Shown here: piece by piece, positions 26,912 to 36,777 of the stretch
Numbering within the stretch: position 1 is the first letter of the stretch
Layout: the number at the start of each line of letters is the position of its first letter
Virus record (IMG/VR): IMGVR_UViG_3300028610_000159
Span: 1-50,005 of that record
DNA from: a virus
Taxonomy: Duplodnaviria > Caudoviricetes
Reading direction: 5' to 3' (one strand)
Length of the DNA: 50,005 bases
The notes under the pieces: generated by a model
What the model was told of the DNA's origin: nothing
Seen by the model: the letters and a program-made list of their open reading frames with translations, nothing else
The model's database searches: none
Made by a program: the position numbers and the translations under genes

Positions 26912-28177
26912 ATGAAAAAGATAATGATATTTGTGTTAATGTGTTCAGCATGTGCTTTCGCTACGGTTGACGATCCGGAGTCTATCAGGCAGTATTTCAC
27001 TATTGGCCCGGCAACTGATGAATTCATCTTTACTCAGCCGGTTACTTCCAGTGATGATGTATTTGTTTACAAGAAAGATATTTCTACAGATGCTACACTA
27101 AAGTCTCCCGGCACCGAAACCTTACTGACTATCACTACGGACTATACGATAGTAGCAACAGGCGGAGATTATCTGAATGGCGGGACAGTGACAACGAACA
27201 GTGCGCTTGGAGTTGATTTCCAGTTAGTTATTGTCAGGACGATTAAGAAGAGTCAGGAAACTTCTCAGGGTGCAATTACTCCGACTTCGGTAGTTACGGC
27301 GTTAGATAAACTCACAAGGACAGTTCAGGATTTACAGGACCAGTCTGACAGATCATGGCGATTACCCCAGAGCGATGCAACTACGTTTGACGTGGAAATG
27401 CCTACATTAGCAGACAGGGCAGAGACTTTCCCGTTCTTTAATGCAAGCGGCGTACTAACCTATGTTTCGGACCTTGTTACTAACAGTGAAACAGCAAGTG
27501 CTTTTGGTGTATCTCTTATGCAATCGGCAAATGCCCTGGCGGGAAGAGTTCTCTTGGAGCTAACTACCTCAGATGCAGTCGAGTTCGCTGCCCTAACAGC
27601 CACGACAGGTGCCTTTTCGGGCAGTGTAACATTAGCGGCAGGCGCAGACTTTATCGGTTCGGCAACTTCTGATATTGCTATAGGAGGTTCTGGAACAGAA
27701 AAGTTCACAGTAGCAGGGGCCACTGGTAATACTGTTATTGCTGGAACGGGCACTCTCACCGTTGCTGGCGTAGCAACATTAGGGGCAGCATCGGAACTAG
27801 CCAGTTCACCAGCAACCGCCGACGATAGTACGAAAATTGCGACTACAGCTTATGTCCAAGCCAATATCGGATTTGGAGTGTACACCAGCGACTCCACTAC
27901 CACTCAACCCATGATTGCAGGAGAAGCCTACACAGCCCGGCAGGATGGATTTGTAACTGTTTTAGTGCAGGCTAGCGGAGTAGCAGTAAGTATCGTGACA
28001 GGAAAGATAGGGGCATCTAATAGAGTAAGGGATCAAGCTGTAATATCAGGATGGGCAGGGTTTACGATGCCGGTAGCCAACGGCGAAGCATTCACAATAA
28101 CCACAACTGGATCACCCGGTACCGTAGAGATTGTCTGGAGAGGTGCCCAAACTACTCTACCGCCAACGGGTCCATAA
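26912..28177 (+). CDS. Tail fibre (T7 gp17-like N-terminal domain) with signal peptide
   Basis: MKKIMIFVLMCSACAFA; TTDYTI...GGTVT...ALDKLTRTVQDL; KIATTAYV. Confidence 0.8.
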   Translation: MKKIMIFVLMCSACAFATVDDPESIRQYFTIGPATDEFIFTQPVTSSDDVFVYKKDISTDATLKSPGTETLLTITTDYTIVATGGDYLNGGTVTTNSALGVDFQLVIVRTIKKSQETSQGAITPTSVVTALDKLTRTVQDLQDQSDRSWRLPQSDATTFDVEMPTLADRAETFPFFNASGVLTYVSDLVTNSETASAFGVSLMQSANALAGRVLLELTTSDAVEFAALTATTGAFSGSVTLAAGADFIGSATSDIAIGGSGTEKFTVAGATGNTVIAGTGTLTVAGVATLGAASELASSPATADDSTKIATTAYVQANIGFGVYTSDSTTTQPMIAGEAYTARQDGFVTVLVQASGVAVSIVTGKIGASNRVRDQAVISGWAGFTMPVANGEAFTITTTGSPGTVEIVWRGAQTTLPPTGP

Positions 28178-28188
28178 GGTTGATATAA

Positions 28189-30732
28189 ATGAAAAAAATA
28201 CTGTTTCTATTACTATGCTCAGTCTCCTTTGGATACATAGGCCCTGTTACTAATTTTAACTCTGGGCAAGTCAGTCCATTAATAGAAGCGAGAGGGGATT
28301 TCGCTAAATACAGTTCATCCTGCCGAACACTTGAGAATATGTTTGTAACGGTACAGGGTCCTGCACTGAAAAGGCCGGGAACGGAATATATCGCGACAGC
28401 GAAAGATGCGGGGAAGATAAGATTGATACCTTTTGAGTTCTCTACTGACGATGCGTATATCCTTGAATTCGGGGACAATTATCTAAGATTCTACCGTAAT
28501 GGAGCGCAGATATTAGATGGCGATAATTTTCCTGTAGAAATAGAAACTCAACACCAGACGAGCGATCTGTTTAATATGCAGTTCGTACAAACTGACAACG
28601 CTATGTATATTGTCGATAACGAAAACCCACCCCAGATATTAACAAGGACAAGTCACACTGACTGGGCTATCAGGAATGTACCTTTTACTAACGGGCCTTT
28701 TCTGCCTGAGAACGATCTTGATATATCCATCACGCCAAGTAGGACAACGGGAAATATAACACTTACTTGCAGCGCAGAGATTTTCAAGTCAACACCGGGC
28801 GTAGGGCATAAAGGGTCTTTATGGGCTATCGAGCAGGTCAGGGCAAGTTCGATAGTGAGTGGTACTTTTTCTGACAACGGCACATCATTATCTACACCTT
28901 TTTTTATAGGCGGGTATAGTTTTACGACAACAGGCACAGGGACAGGAACCACGACATTACAGAGAAGTACGAATAACGGAATTTCCTGGCGAAATGCTTT
29001 GACGCCATTGACGAATCAGTTTTTTGACAACCCTGCGGAATTTGAAGAGGATGGAGCGATATACAGGGTCACGCTGACAGGTTCAAATCAAGTAGATATC
29101 AATTACAATTTCACTATCGCGGATAATATCAATAAAGGAGTTGTGAAGATAACAGGTATCGTATCCTCGACAGTTGCTAATGCGTCTGTAATCACCGAAT
29201 TAGCTGATACATCTGCTACTACAACATGGCGAGAGGGGTATTGGTCCGACTTCCGGGGATGGCCGGGAACACTTACATTCCACCAACAGAGACTCGTATA
29301 CGGTGGGTCAGATTCTTTTCCTCAAGAACTCTGGTTTGGCGAACAGAATCCAGATGATTATGCTAATTTTCTTGAAGGTAGTTTAGACACAGCGGCATTT
29401 ACATTTGCCCTTGAGGGCCAAAACCCTATCAGGTGGTTGCTGTCTCAAGATTATCTCTTAATAGGAACGAGCGGATCGTGCGGGAAATGGGGCGAGCAGG
29501 GCAAGTCAGCTACGCCAACCTCACCGAGTTTCCAGAAACAGACAAGGAACGGATCATTCGCCCTTGCCGCTATGTTCGCCGGTGACGATATTATTTACGT
29601 GGAAAGAGGCGGAAGAAAGGTTCGAAGGTTTGGATTTGATTTGCAATCAGATAAATATCTCTCTCCGGAATTAACTGTCTTGTCACCTGAAATAACCGAT
29701 AGCGGTATATTAAACGCCGATTTCCAACTAAGGCCTGATCCGATATTATGGTGTGTTCTCAATAACGGAGACATAGCAACATTGACGCACCAACCGGAAC
29801 AATCTGTAATTGCGTGGACAAAACAGGTAACGGATGGCGACTTTGAGAGCGTGGCGGTTATCTCCAGCGGTGATAATGAAGATGAAGTCTGGGTTTCAGT
29901 TGAAAGAATTTTAGCCGGAGCGAGGTATATAGAACGATTCAAGCCCCATGATTGGGGGTCGGATGACGATGATCTATGGTTTGTTGATTCTGGTTTATCG
30001 TATGACGGAGGGGCAGCGATTACGGTTACAGGAGCAACACAAGCTGACCCCGGAGTGATTACAGCAGGTACTCATGGTTTTAGCGATGGCGACCAGGTTC
30101 TGTTTTCGTCAGTAGGGGGTATGGTAGAACTCAATGGCAATGTCTACACAGTTGCCTCGTCTGATGCGGATACATTTGAATTGAAAGACGCCACAGGTAC
30201 ATGGGACTATGACACCAGCGGATTCACTGCCTACACGTCTGGGGGTTCTGTCCAGCAAGTTGAGGACACTTTCACAGGATTAGATCATCTTGAAGGCGAA
30301 ACAGTTAAGGTCTGGGCTGATGGAATAGTCCTGAGCGATGAGGTTGTGGTGAATGGGGCGATAACCATAGACGTAGCGTCCTCGACAGTAGCCGTAGGAC
30401 TCCCGTACACGGCCAAAATAGAAACATTGCCAATAAGGGTCGACCCGCAGGACATATCACTAAATAAAAAGATAAAAAGGCTGTGGGTCGACCTCTACAA
30501 ATCAGGTACATTCAAGTTCGGGCCGGGCTCTACCGCTGACCTTAGCGAAGTAAATATGTGGGAAGAGGCGACATTAACGGCAAAGCAGGACCTTTACACT
30601 TCGACTGCGAAAATGAAGCAATTTTCATTCATTTATGCGGGCTTCCAAAAGCAGACAGTGTATGTCGAGAGCTCCGAACCGGTACCATTCACGGTGCGCG
30701 CTATAGTTGCAGAACTAGAGGGGAGAAGATGA
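28189..30732 (+). CDS. Tail nozzle (tail tubular protein B, gp12-like) with signal peptide and FCCH-type insert
   Basis: MKKILFLLLCSVSFG then NFNSGQVSP..ARGD..KY...RPGT..RLIPFEFS...FHQQRL...GLDHLEGETV...VGLPY. Confidence 0.9.
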   Translation: MKKILFLLLCSVSFGYIGPVTNFNSGQVSPLIEARGDFAKYSSSCRTLENMFVTVQGPALKRPGTEYIATAKDAGKIRLIPFEFSTDDAYILEFGDNYLRFYRNGAQILDGDNFPVEIETQHQTSDLFNMQFVQTDNAMYIVDNENPPQILTRTSHTDWAIRNVPFTNGPFLPENDLDISITPSRTTGNITLTCSAEIFKSTPGVGHKGSLWAIEQVRASSIVSGTFSDNGTSLSTPFFIGGYSFTTTGTGTGTTTLQRSTNNGISWRNALTPLTNQFFDNPAEFEEDGAIYRVTLTGSNQVDINYNFTIADNINKGVVKITGIVSSTVANASVITELADTSATTTWREGYWSDFRGWPGTLTFHQQRLVYGGSDSFPQELWFGEQNPDDYANFLEGSLDTAAFTFALEGQNPIRWLLSQDYLLIGTSGSCGKWGEQGKSATPTSPSFQKQTRNGSFALAAMFAGDDIIYVERGGRKVRRFGFDLQSDKYLSPELTVLSPEITDSGILNADFQLRPDPILWCVLNNGDIATLTHQPEQSVIAWTKQVTDGDFESVAVISSGDNEDEVWVSVERILAGARYIERFKPHDWGSDDDDLWFVDSGLSYDGGAAITVTGATQADPGVITAGTHGFSDGDQVLFSSVGGMVELNGNVYTVASSDADTFELKDATGTWDYDTSGFTAYTSGGSVQQVEDTFTGLDHLEGETVKVWADGIVLSDEVVVNGAITIDVASSTVAVGLPYTAKIETLPIRVDPQDISLNKKIKRLWVDLYKSGTFKFGPGSTADLSEVNMWEEATLTAKQDLYTSTAKMKQFSFIYAGFQKQTVYVESSEPVPFTVRAIVAELEGRR

Positions 30733-31256
30733 ACCACTTTGATGTATTGAAAATTGAGCGTAATGGCATAGTTTTTCAGGCACACTGGAACAGGAGATAT
30801 GCTCCAATAATTTTAGCTGGTATTGGTACGGCGATTTCGGTAGCTGGTACAATCGAAGAGGGCAAACAAGCCGAAAAAATAGCCAAACAAAGGGCAACCG
30901 TCGACGAAAGAGACGCTGAAGCTGTCAGGGAAGCAACTGTCGATGAAGCCAAAATCAGGCAAGAGAGAGGCAGGCGAATACTTGCTACTCAAAAATCAGT
31001 GGCGGCGGCGGGTAATGTCAGGATAAACAGAGGTTCACCACTACTGATAGAAGCGGAGACACAAGCAAATATTACGCAGGACATAGGATTTGTTCTGGAA
31101 CGTGGCAGGGTAGAATCTTTAGCTCTCAGATCAGGGGCAGATATCGAAAGGCAACTTGGAGAGAATATAAGAAGGCAATCAACGTTTGCGGCTATCGGAA
31201 AAGGAGTAAGGGGCTTCGGTACAATTGCAAATCTAGCTCGTGACCGAGGGATATAA
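30729..31256 (+). CDS. Small internal virion (ejection) protein
   Basis: Hydrophobic A/G segment; ATQKSVAAAGNV..GSPL. Confidence 0.7.
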   Translation: MNHFDVLKIERNGIVFQAHWNRRYAPIILAGIGTAISVAGTIEEGKQAEKIAKQRATVDERDAEAVREATVDEAKIRQERGRRILATQKSVAAAGNVRINRGSPLLIEAETQANITQDIGFVLERGRVESLALRSGADIERQLGENIRRQSTFAAIGKGVRGFGTIANLARDRGI

Positions 31257-33391
31257 TGATTAAAAAAAGTCTAATCTTATTATTGATTGCCAGTACGGCC
31301 TTTGGGTACTTTGAAATATCCAATGATATTCCGACGATTTTTTCTTTCAGTGGCGAGGAAGAATGGCGGCTATGGTCAGGGAGTGACGAAGCCAATGAAT
31401 TGTTTAATAATTCAAGTGGTATATTATTCGATGATGGAAGAGAAAGTATTATTATTGGCAAGTTTACACCGGGCGCGGAGCAAGAAGCTGTAACAACTAT
31501 GGGGTTTTTTGCTGGTCAGGGTCATTTCGTAGGAACGCTTTGTGCTTTCGGAACAGAGGCCGGACAATATAACTCTAATATAGACGGCTCGTCTTTTGGC
31601 TACACAACTGGACGATATAATACAGGGTCAGGATTTTCAGGTTTTGGTGCTTCTGCCGGATATGCCAATGAGGGTGACGGCAATACGGCTTTAGGAGCAT
31701 ACTCGTTCAATACCTTTACTCAAGATGCGGGACTCGCTAAAGCTATAGATACCGTAGACTTCGCCAACAATCAGGTTGTGGTGAATGGTGGTCATAGTTT
31801 TGGAGCAAATAATACTTACAGGAATTTGGTTGCGTCAACATCCGATACGTTTCCAGACGGTCTAACTGGCTCATTCCCGGAATTGTGGCAGGTAGTAGAT
31901 TCAACTACACTTGTTTGCATATCTCAGAGTTTTACGGATGTAGGAGTCGGGACGTTGACACTAACCCCTAGAAATAGTAGCACTATCTATGAGAATTCCA
32001 CTGCCGTTGGTGTCAACGCAGAACCAGACGCAGACTTGCAAGTGATGTTGGGCAGCACAAGCGTAACTGAGGTTAAGACTACAGGTTCATTGACTGCGCC
32101 AAGTGCGACATTAAGTTGGCTCGATCTGACTACGGGTTTAGCGAACCCTGCATATAATGAGGGCAGAGTCTTTTACGACGACGACGAAAAGACTCTTGCT
32201 GTTTACAATAATGAATCTGATGTAACTCTTCAATTAGGACAGGAGATGTATATCAGGGCGACTAACAAAACAGGCTCTACCATAACTAACGGCCAACTGG
32301 TCTACATAGATGGAGCGCAAGGCAATCGCCCTACAATTGACCTTGCAAAAGCCGACTCTACTGCTACTTGCGGTGTTATAGCAATGGCAACTCACGACAT
32401 TCTAAACAATGCTACAGGATTCGTTACCACTGAAGGCATAGTCCATGACATAGACACTGACGGGCTTGGCGTTGGATCTGATCTTTATTTGTCTGCGTCA
32501 GTGGCGGGCGATTATACAGTAACCGCACCAACGGCTCCAAGTTTTGTATTGAAAATTGGAACTGTAATTGTAGATAGTTTAACCGAAGGAGATGTCTGCG
32601 TCCACATAACATCGACTGGCGTATGCGAAACAATGGTAATTCACGATGTGGACATTAACACTGATCTGGACGTGGCAGGTGATACGACATTAGGCGATGA
32701 AGCAACGGACACACTTGATGTTACTGGTGTCTCTCGGTTCGGTGACGGGGGGACAACGGACTATACGCGACTGTCCTCCACAGGTCATCAAACAATGGCT
32801 GGGGCTGCGAGGGTAAAAAAACATCTTCAAGGCATTGTTATCAGTGGCTTCGGAGCAAACGCCCCGACTTCCAGAATAACAGAGGCACCGTTTTTATCGT
32901 GGACTTTTAACGTAAACGACGATTCGCACGAAACAATGGAAGTACCAAAGGATATGGATGTAACTGAGTCCGTAGATATAGTAATCCACTGGTACACGAC
33001 AGACGCTACAGCGGACGGTGTAGATTCATCGAATTGGCAAGCGCAGTGGAACTCAAGGGCATTAGGGGAAACTGTTAACGCAGGTGCGACAACTGATACG
33101 AGCGGGGATGTTTTATGCGGGGCACAATACGTAATGGTGGAGACAACTATTGAGACTATCCCTGCAAACAGTATCACACAAGGCGACCATTTAGGGCTTG
33201 ATATAACAAGAATAGCTTTAGTTGGCGGAACTAACCCAACGCCTTCGGCAACCAGTATTCATTTACTTTCCATAGAAATCGAATATACCGCTAACAAGCT
33301 TGGTGAGGCGGTTGGGGTAGAATTGCTATTGCTTGAAGACGACACGTTCTTATTGCTTGAAGATGACACATTTATGATCCTGGAGATATAA
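31256..33391 (+). CDS. Tail fibre/spike protein with signal peptide
   Basis: MIKKSLILLLIASTAFG; Gly-rich repeats; NKTGSTITNGQLVY domain; C-terminal LLLEDDTF twice. Confidence 0.75.
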   Translation: MIKKSLILLLIASTAFGYFEISNDIPTIFSFSGEEEWRLWSGSDEANELFNNSSGILFDDGRESIIIGKFTPGAEQEAVTTMGFFAGQGHFVGTLCAFGTEAGQYNSNIDGSSFGYTTGRYNTGSGFSGFGASAGYANEGDGNTALGAYSFNTFTQDAGLAKAIDTVDFANNQVVVNGGHSFGANNTYRNLVASTSDTFPDGLTGSFPELWQVVDSTTLVCISQSFTDVGVGTLTLTPRNSSTIYENSTAVGVNAEPDADLQVMLGSTSVTEVKTTGSLTAPSATLSWLDLTTGLANPAYNEGRVFYDDDEKTLAVYNNESDVTLQLGQEMYIRATNKTGSTITNGQLVYIDGAQGNRPTIDLAKADSTATCGVIAMATHDILNNATGFVTTEGIVHDIDTDGLGVGSDLYLSASVAGDYTVTAPTAPSFVLKIGTVIVDSLTEGDVCVHITSTGVCETMVIHDVDINTDLDVAGDTTLGDEATDTLDVTGVSRFGDGGTTDYTRLSSTGHQTMAGAARVKKHLQGIVISGFGANAPTSRITEAPFLSWTFNVNDDSHETMEVPKDMDVTESVDIVIHWYTTDATADGVDSSNWQAQWNSRALGETVNAGATTDTSGDVLCGAQYVMVETTIETIPANSITQGDHLGLDITRIALVGGTNPTPSATSIHLLSIEIEYTANKLGEAVGVELLLLEDDTFLLLEDDTFMILEI
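33327..33374 (+). repeat. Imperfect 24-bp tandem duplication encoding LLLEDDTF
   Basis: tattgcttgaagacgacacgttct / tattgcttgaagatgacacattta. Confidence 0.85.
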
Positions 33392-35205
33392 TGAAAAAAA
33401 TAATACTTGTAATTACACTGTTAGCATCTATTTGCGTAGCCGACACGAAGACGAGTGATCTCGCTGAAACGGTGGACGTGCAAGACGCTGACGTACTGTA
33501 TCTGGTCGATGGCGGAACGAGTAAAAAGATTACAGTCCTAAACTTGTTTGACACAATTGATACATCTCTAAAATTGCTCACAATCCTCACAAACGAGACA
33601 GGAACAGGGCTTGCCGTCTTTGCAACATCCCCAACCTTTACGACCTCTATACTCGCCGCGGCACAAGCCGACATAGGATCAGTAGCAGCAGAGTTCGGCG
33701 ATATATTCATAGGTGACGGCAAAGCAATCAAGTTCGGTGACGATCAGGATGTAACCCTGACACACACAGCAGACACAAAACTCACAGTAAACTTAGAACT
33801 AGAGATTGACGGGGAACTTGACGCTGACGGAATAGTTACTTTAGGTGATGGCGGAGATAACTTTTCTGTTGCTTCGGATGGGATCGACATAGACACGTCT
33901 GGCAATATCACCAACGCCGGGACGATAGCATCCGGTGTTGTGACTATTACGGGTTTAATGAATACGTCTGTTGGATTGGATGCTGTCGGTGCGGTCGATC
34001 TGGATTACGGTTCTGGGGATGTAACTGACCATACTTTTGTATCGGATGGAGGAACAACGATCATTGACGGCTCTGTAACTGCCGTGACAGCCTTTATCAT
34101 CGGTGCGGCTAGTATGTCCGAAGCGGACCTCGAAACACTTGACGGCATCACACCGGGGACAGCAGCAGCGTCTAAGGCTCTTGTTCTGGACGGCGCTCTC
34201 GATATTGCAACGATAAACAGCTTGACCGCCACTACTTTAGTCGGAGCTTTGACAGGCAACGCCGATACGGCAACTCTGGCGGCTACGATCACTGTAGCGG
34301 ATAACGAGGCCACAGCCGAAACAAACGCTATACTGTTCTCTCCCGGCGGCGATCTCGATGGAGGCGATTACACTCCTGAAACCGATGGCGATTTAACGTA
34401 TACGCCAAACACCGGAACCGTCACGGCAACGGAATTTTCAGGTGGTGGAGCGAACCTCACAGCAGTTGACGCAGCAACAGGAGACTCGGCAACGGCGTTC
34501 TTCGATGCAGGTACGATTGAGCATGAAAGAGGCGGACTGCAAGCTGATGTAAGTGCGTTTACCGGCTTAATAGCTGTGACTGGGGCGGACACAACAGCGG
34601 AGATTGATTCAAAGGCCGAGCTTGAGGGCCAGATTGCAGATGTAAGTGATTTCGCTGAAGCTGACGGCGACGTATTCACAGGCGATCACGACTTCGGAGG
34701 TGCCGACCTGGAACTACCACAAGGACAAACACCCGATACGGACGGCGATGTGGACCTTGACTTCACTGATGGATCACTTGTTGTCCAGCATGGCGCGGCT
34801 CACGCTGAATTAGGTGGTGCAACTGATGTTGTGGTAGGCAAACTTATCAAGTCTTTTTCAGCTACTATCTTTGCTCCCGATGGAGTCAATGACGTAATAC
34901 CGGTAAAGCCTATCGTAGCAGGTGAGTTCCCACATGGCATCGTCGTTACGGAAGTTCACATGGTTGTCGGGACAGACAGCAATTACACCATAGACGTGGA
35001 GAACTGGGATGACTTCGATACAATCAATGCAGGTAACCCGTCTATAAACTCAACCGCTTACACCGCTGGCAACGATGGCGAGGTTACAGATTCAGCAATA
35101 ACTTTTGCAACAATAGCGGCAGGCCAGATTATTATGATCGACATCCCAGCTACGGATATAGACTGGGTTTCAATAACAATTTTCTACTATGAACCGATAG
35201 CATGA
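33391..35205 (+). CDS. Tail fibre protein with signal peptide
   Basis: MKKIILVITLLASICVA; DTKTSDL..GTSKKIT; ETGTGLAVFATSPT; GALTGNADTAT. Confidence 0.8.
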   Translation: MKKIILVITLLASICVADTKTSDLAETVDVQDADVLYLVDGGTSKKITVLNLFDTIDTSLKLLTILTNETGTGLAVFATSPTFTTSILAAAQADIGSVAAEFGDIFIGDGKAIKFGDDQDVTLTHTADTKLTVNLELEIDGELDADGIVTLGDGGDNFSVASDGIDIDTSGNITNAGTIASGVVTITGLMNTSVGLDAVGAVDLDYGSGDVTDHTFVSDGGTTIIDGSVTAVTAFIIGAASMSEADLETLDGITPGTAAASKALVLDGALDIATINSLTATTLVGALTGNADTATLAATITVADNEATAETNAILFSPGGDLDGGDYTPETDGDLTYTPNTGTVTATEFSGGGANLTAVDAATGDSATAFFDAGTIEHERGGLQADVSAFTGLIAVTGADTTAEIDSKAELEGQIADVSDFAEADGDVFTGDHDFGGADLELPQGQTPDTDGDVDLDFTDGSLVVQHGAAHAELGGATDVVVGKLIKSFSATIFAPDGVNDVIPVKPIVAGEFPHGIVVTEVHMVVGTDSNYTIDVENWDDFDTINAGNPSINSTAYTAGNDGEVTDSAITFATIAAGQIIMIDIPATDIDWVSITIFYYEPIA

Positions 35206-35233
35206 TAAGTATTGTATTTTTAAGGAGCAAGAC

Positions 35234-35953
35234 ATGGAATTAACTAAAACAGTGACAAAATTATTGTTAATATTGGCAGTATTTGTAGCTCCTGTCTTCG
35301 GACAGGCGACGAAAACGGCGACGACAGAGAATTTGCCTTGGACAGCAATAGCCAACGCCAAAGGCGCAACTGGGACACTCCAGACTACGAGCGAAATTAA
35401 TGTTTCTACCTCTTATTCTGCAGTTGTTCATATCGATTGGGCATTAGCGGAGGCGGCGGCTCACGACGGGACGCAGATTATTGTTATGGTATCGAGCGAA
35501 ACGACCGCCGATGATGGATGGACAGTTCTGACTACAATACTCTCAAATGCAGTTACTCCTGTCAAAACAGACATTGCAGGCGCAGAGGCAGGAGGACAGA
35601 CAGAGCTAACAACCGGAGACCCGACAGCGACAGGCTTGGATCATCCTGGTAAATTGATTTTCATCGAAGATTTAACATTAGCGGCGAATTGCGAAATTGC
35701 TTACCAGATAACAGACAATGGTGCAAATTCAATTACAGTGATTGATGGTATCACTGAGGCAAAAGACGCGGGGGATGATATTTGGACTGTTGACGCGGCT
35801 ACTGCAACAGGAAATGCTTCCGTCGTAAATACATGGGCGATAACCTTGCCCCCAGCGGTAAGAAGGGCAAAAGTAATTTTCAACAATTGGTTCGATGAAA
35901 CTGGCGCAGATGGATATGGCCGTGTTCGGACTTCACTATTAACGGTTCTATAA
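35234..35953 (+). CDS. Virion-associated protein with signal peptide
   Basis: KLLLILAVFVAPVFG; beta-rich. Confidence 0.65.
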   Translation: MELTKTVTKLLLILAVFVAPVFGQATKTATTENLPWTAIANAKGATGTLQTTSEINVSTSYSAVVHIDWALAEAAAHDGTQIIVMVSSETTADDGWTVLTTILSNAVTPVKTDIAGAEAGGQTELTTGDPTATGLDHPGKLIFIEDLTLAANCEIAYQITDNGANSITVIDGITEAKDAGDDIWTVDAATATGNASVVNTWAITLPPAVRRAKVIFNNWFDETGADGYGRVRTSLLTVL

Positions 35954-36759
35954 TGAAAAGATTCTTAATAATCCTGTTCCTGAGTATTTCGGTATCAGCC
36001 CAACTTTTACCATCTGATAAGCCTATGTTTGGAATGCAGCTTGATTTGACGAGCTTTTCGACGAGAAGGCTGGTTTTTTGGTCCCCGTTTACTAAAGCTG
36101 GCAATCTACCCGATTTCTCGTTTGATGGTAATGATGGCACTATTACCGGTGCAACTTGGCAAGGTAGCGGACTGTTGTTTACAGGTGGGTCTACAGATAG
36201 AGTCACACTTAGCAAGAAGTCTCTTGACGGTGCCGCTGCTTTCACAGTGATAGTTGTCTGCACGCCAGAAGTTCTAGGTGCTGATCGTGGACTATTTTTT
36301 ACAGAATTAATAGGAACATCTTTCGCCATAAATTTCTGGTTAGACCATATCGGAGGCAATATAACTACAGCATACGCAGTTAGAACAACCAGCGAAAATG
36401 AAGGTGTTACGTTTGGTACTATGCCGATCACAGTGGGTAATAAATACCACTTCGCTTTGACATACGACGGTGCTTTTAATCGGGTATATGTGAATGGTCA
36501 GCTCGATGGAACGCCAGCGGTAAAAACTGGGACACTAATAGCTTCAGGCACTAACTACACCATCGGAAATAACAATGGTCAAAATAGGAGCTTCAGTGGT
36601 ATTATCTCAGACACGAAGCTCTACACCCGTGCACTTTCAGCTAAAGAAATACAAGCACTATTTATCAACCCCAACCTGCCGATTCAGGTCGATCCGATCT
36701 GGATGTTCTTTCAGGAGGCGCCGGCAGGAGGCGGACAGGTAATATTTATAACACAATAA
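35953..36759 (+). CDS. LamG-domain protein with signal peptide
   Basis: MKRFLIILFLSISVSA; YHFALTYDG..RVYVNGQL...FSGIISDTKLYTRALS. Confidence 0.85.
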   Translation: MKRFLIILFLSISVSAQLLPSDKPMFGMQLDLTSFSTRRLVFWSPFTKAGNLPDFSFDGNDGTITGATWQGSGLLFTGGSTDRVTLSKKSLDGAAAFTVIVVCTPEVLGADRGLFFTELIGTSFAINFWLDHIGGNITTAYAVRTTSENEGVTFGTMPITVGNKYHFALTYDGAFNRVYVNGQLDGTPAVKTGTLIASGTNYTIGNNNGQNRSFSGIISDTKLYTRALSAKEIQALFINPNLPIQVDPIWMFFQEAPAGGGQVIFITQ

Positions 36760-36777
36760 AGATACAAGCGAGTAAAG

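Noticed and set aside
30017-30260. Ubiquitin-E1 FCCH-like domain in the nozzle as a sign of a ubiquitin system
   Set aside because: This small beta-barrel is a known insert in phage tail proteins; no E1, E2 or Ubl genes are present.
26912-36759. Diversity-generating retroelement, as in BPP-1
   Set aside because: No reverse transcriptase ORF and no TR/VR pair differing at adenines was seen.
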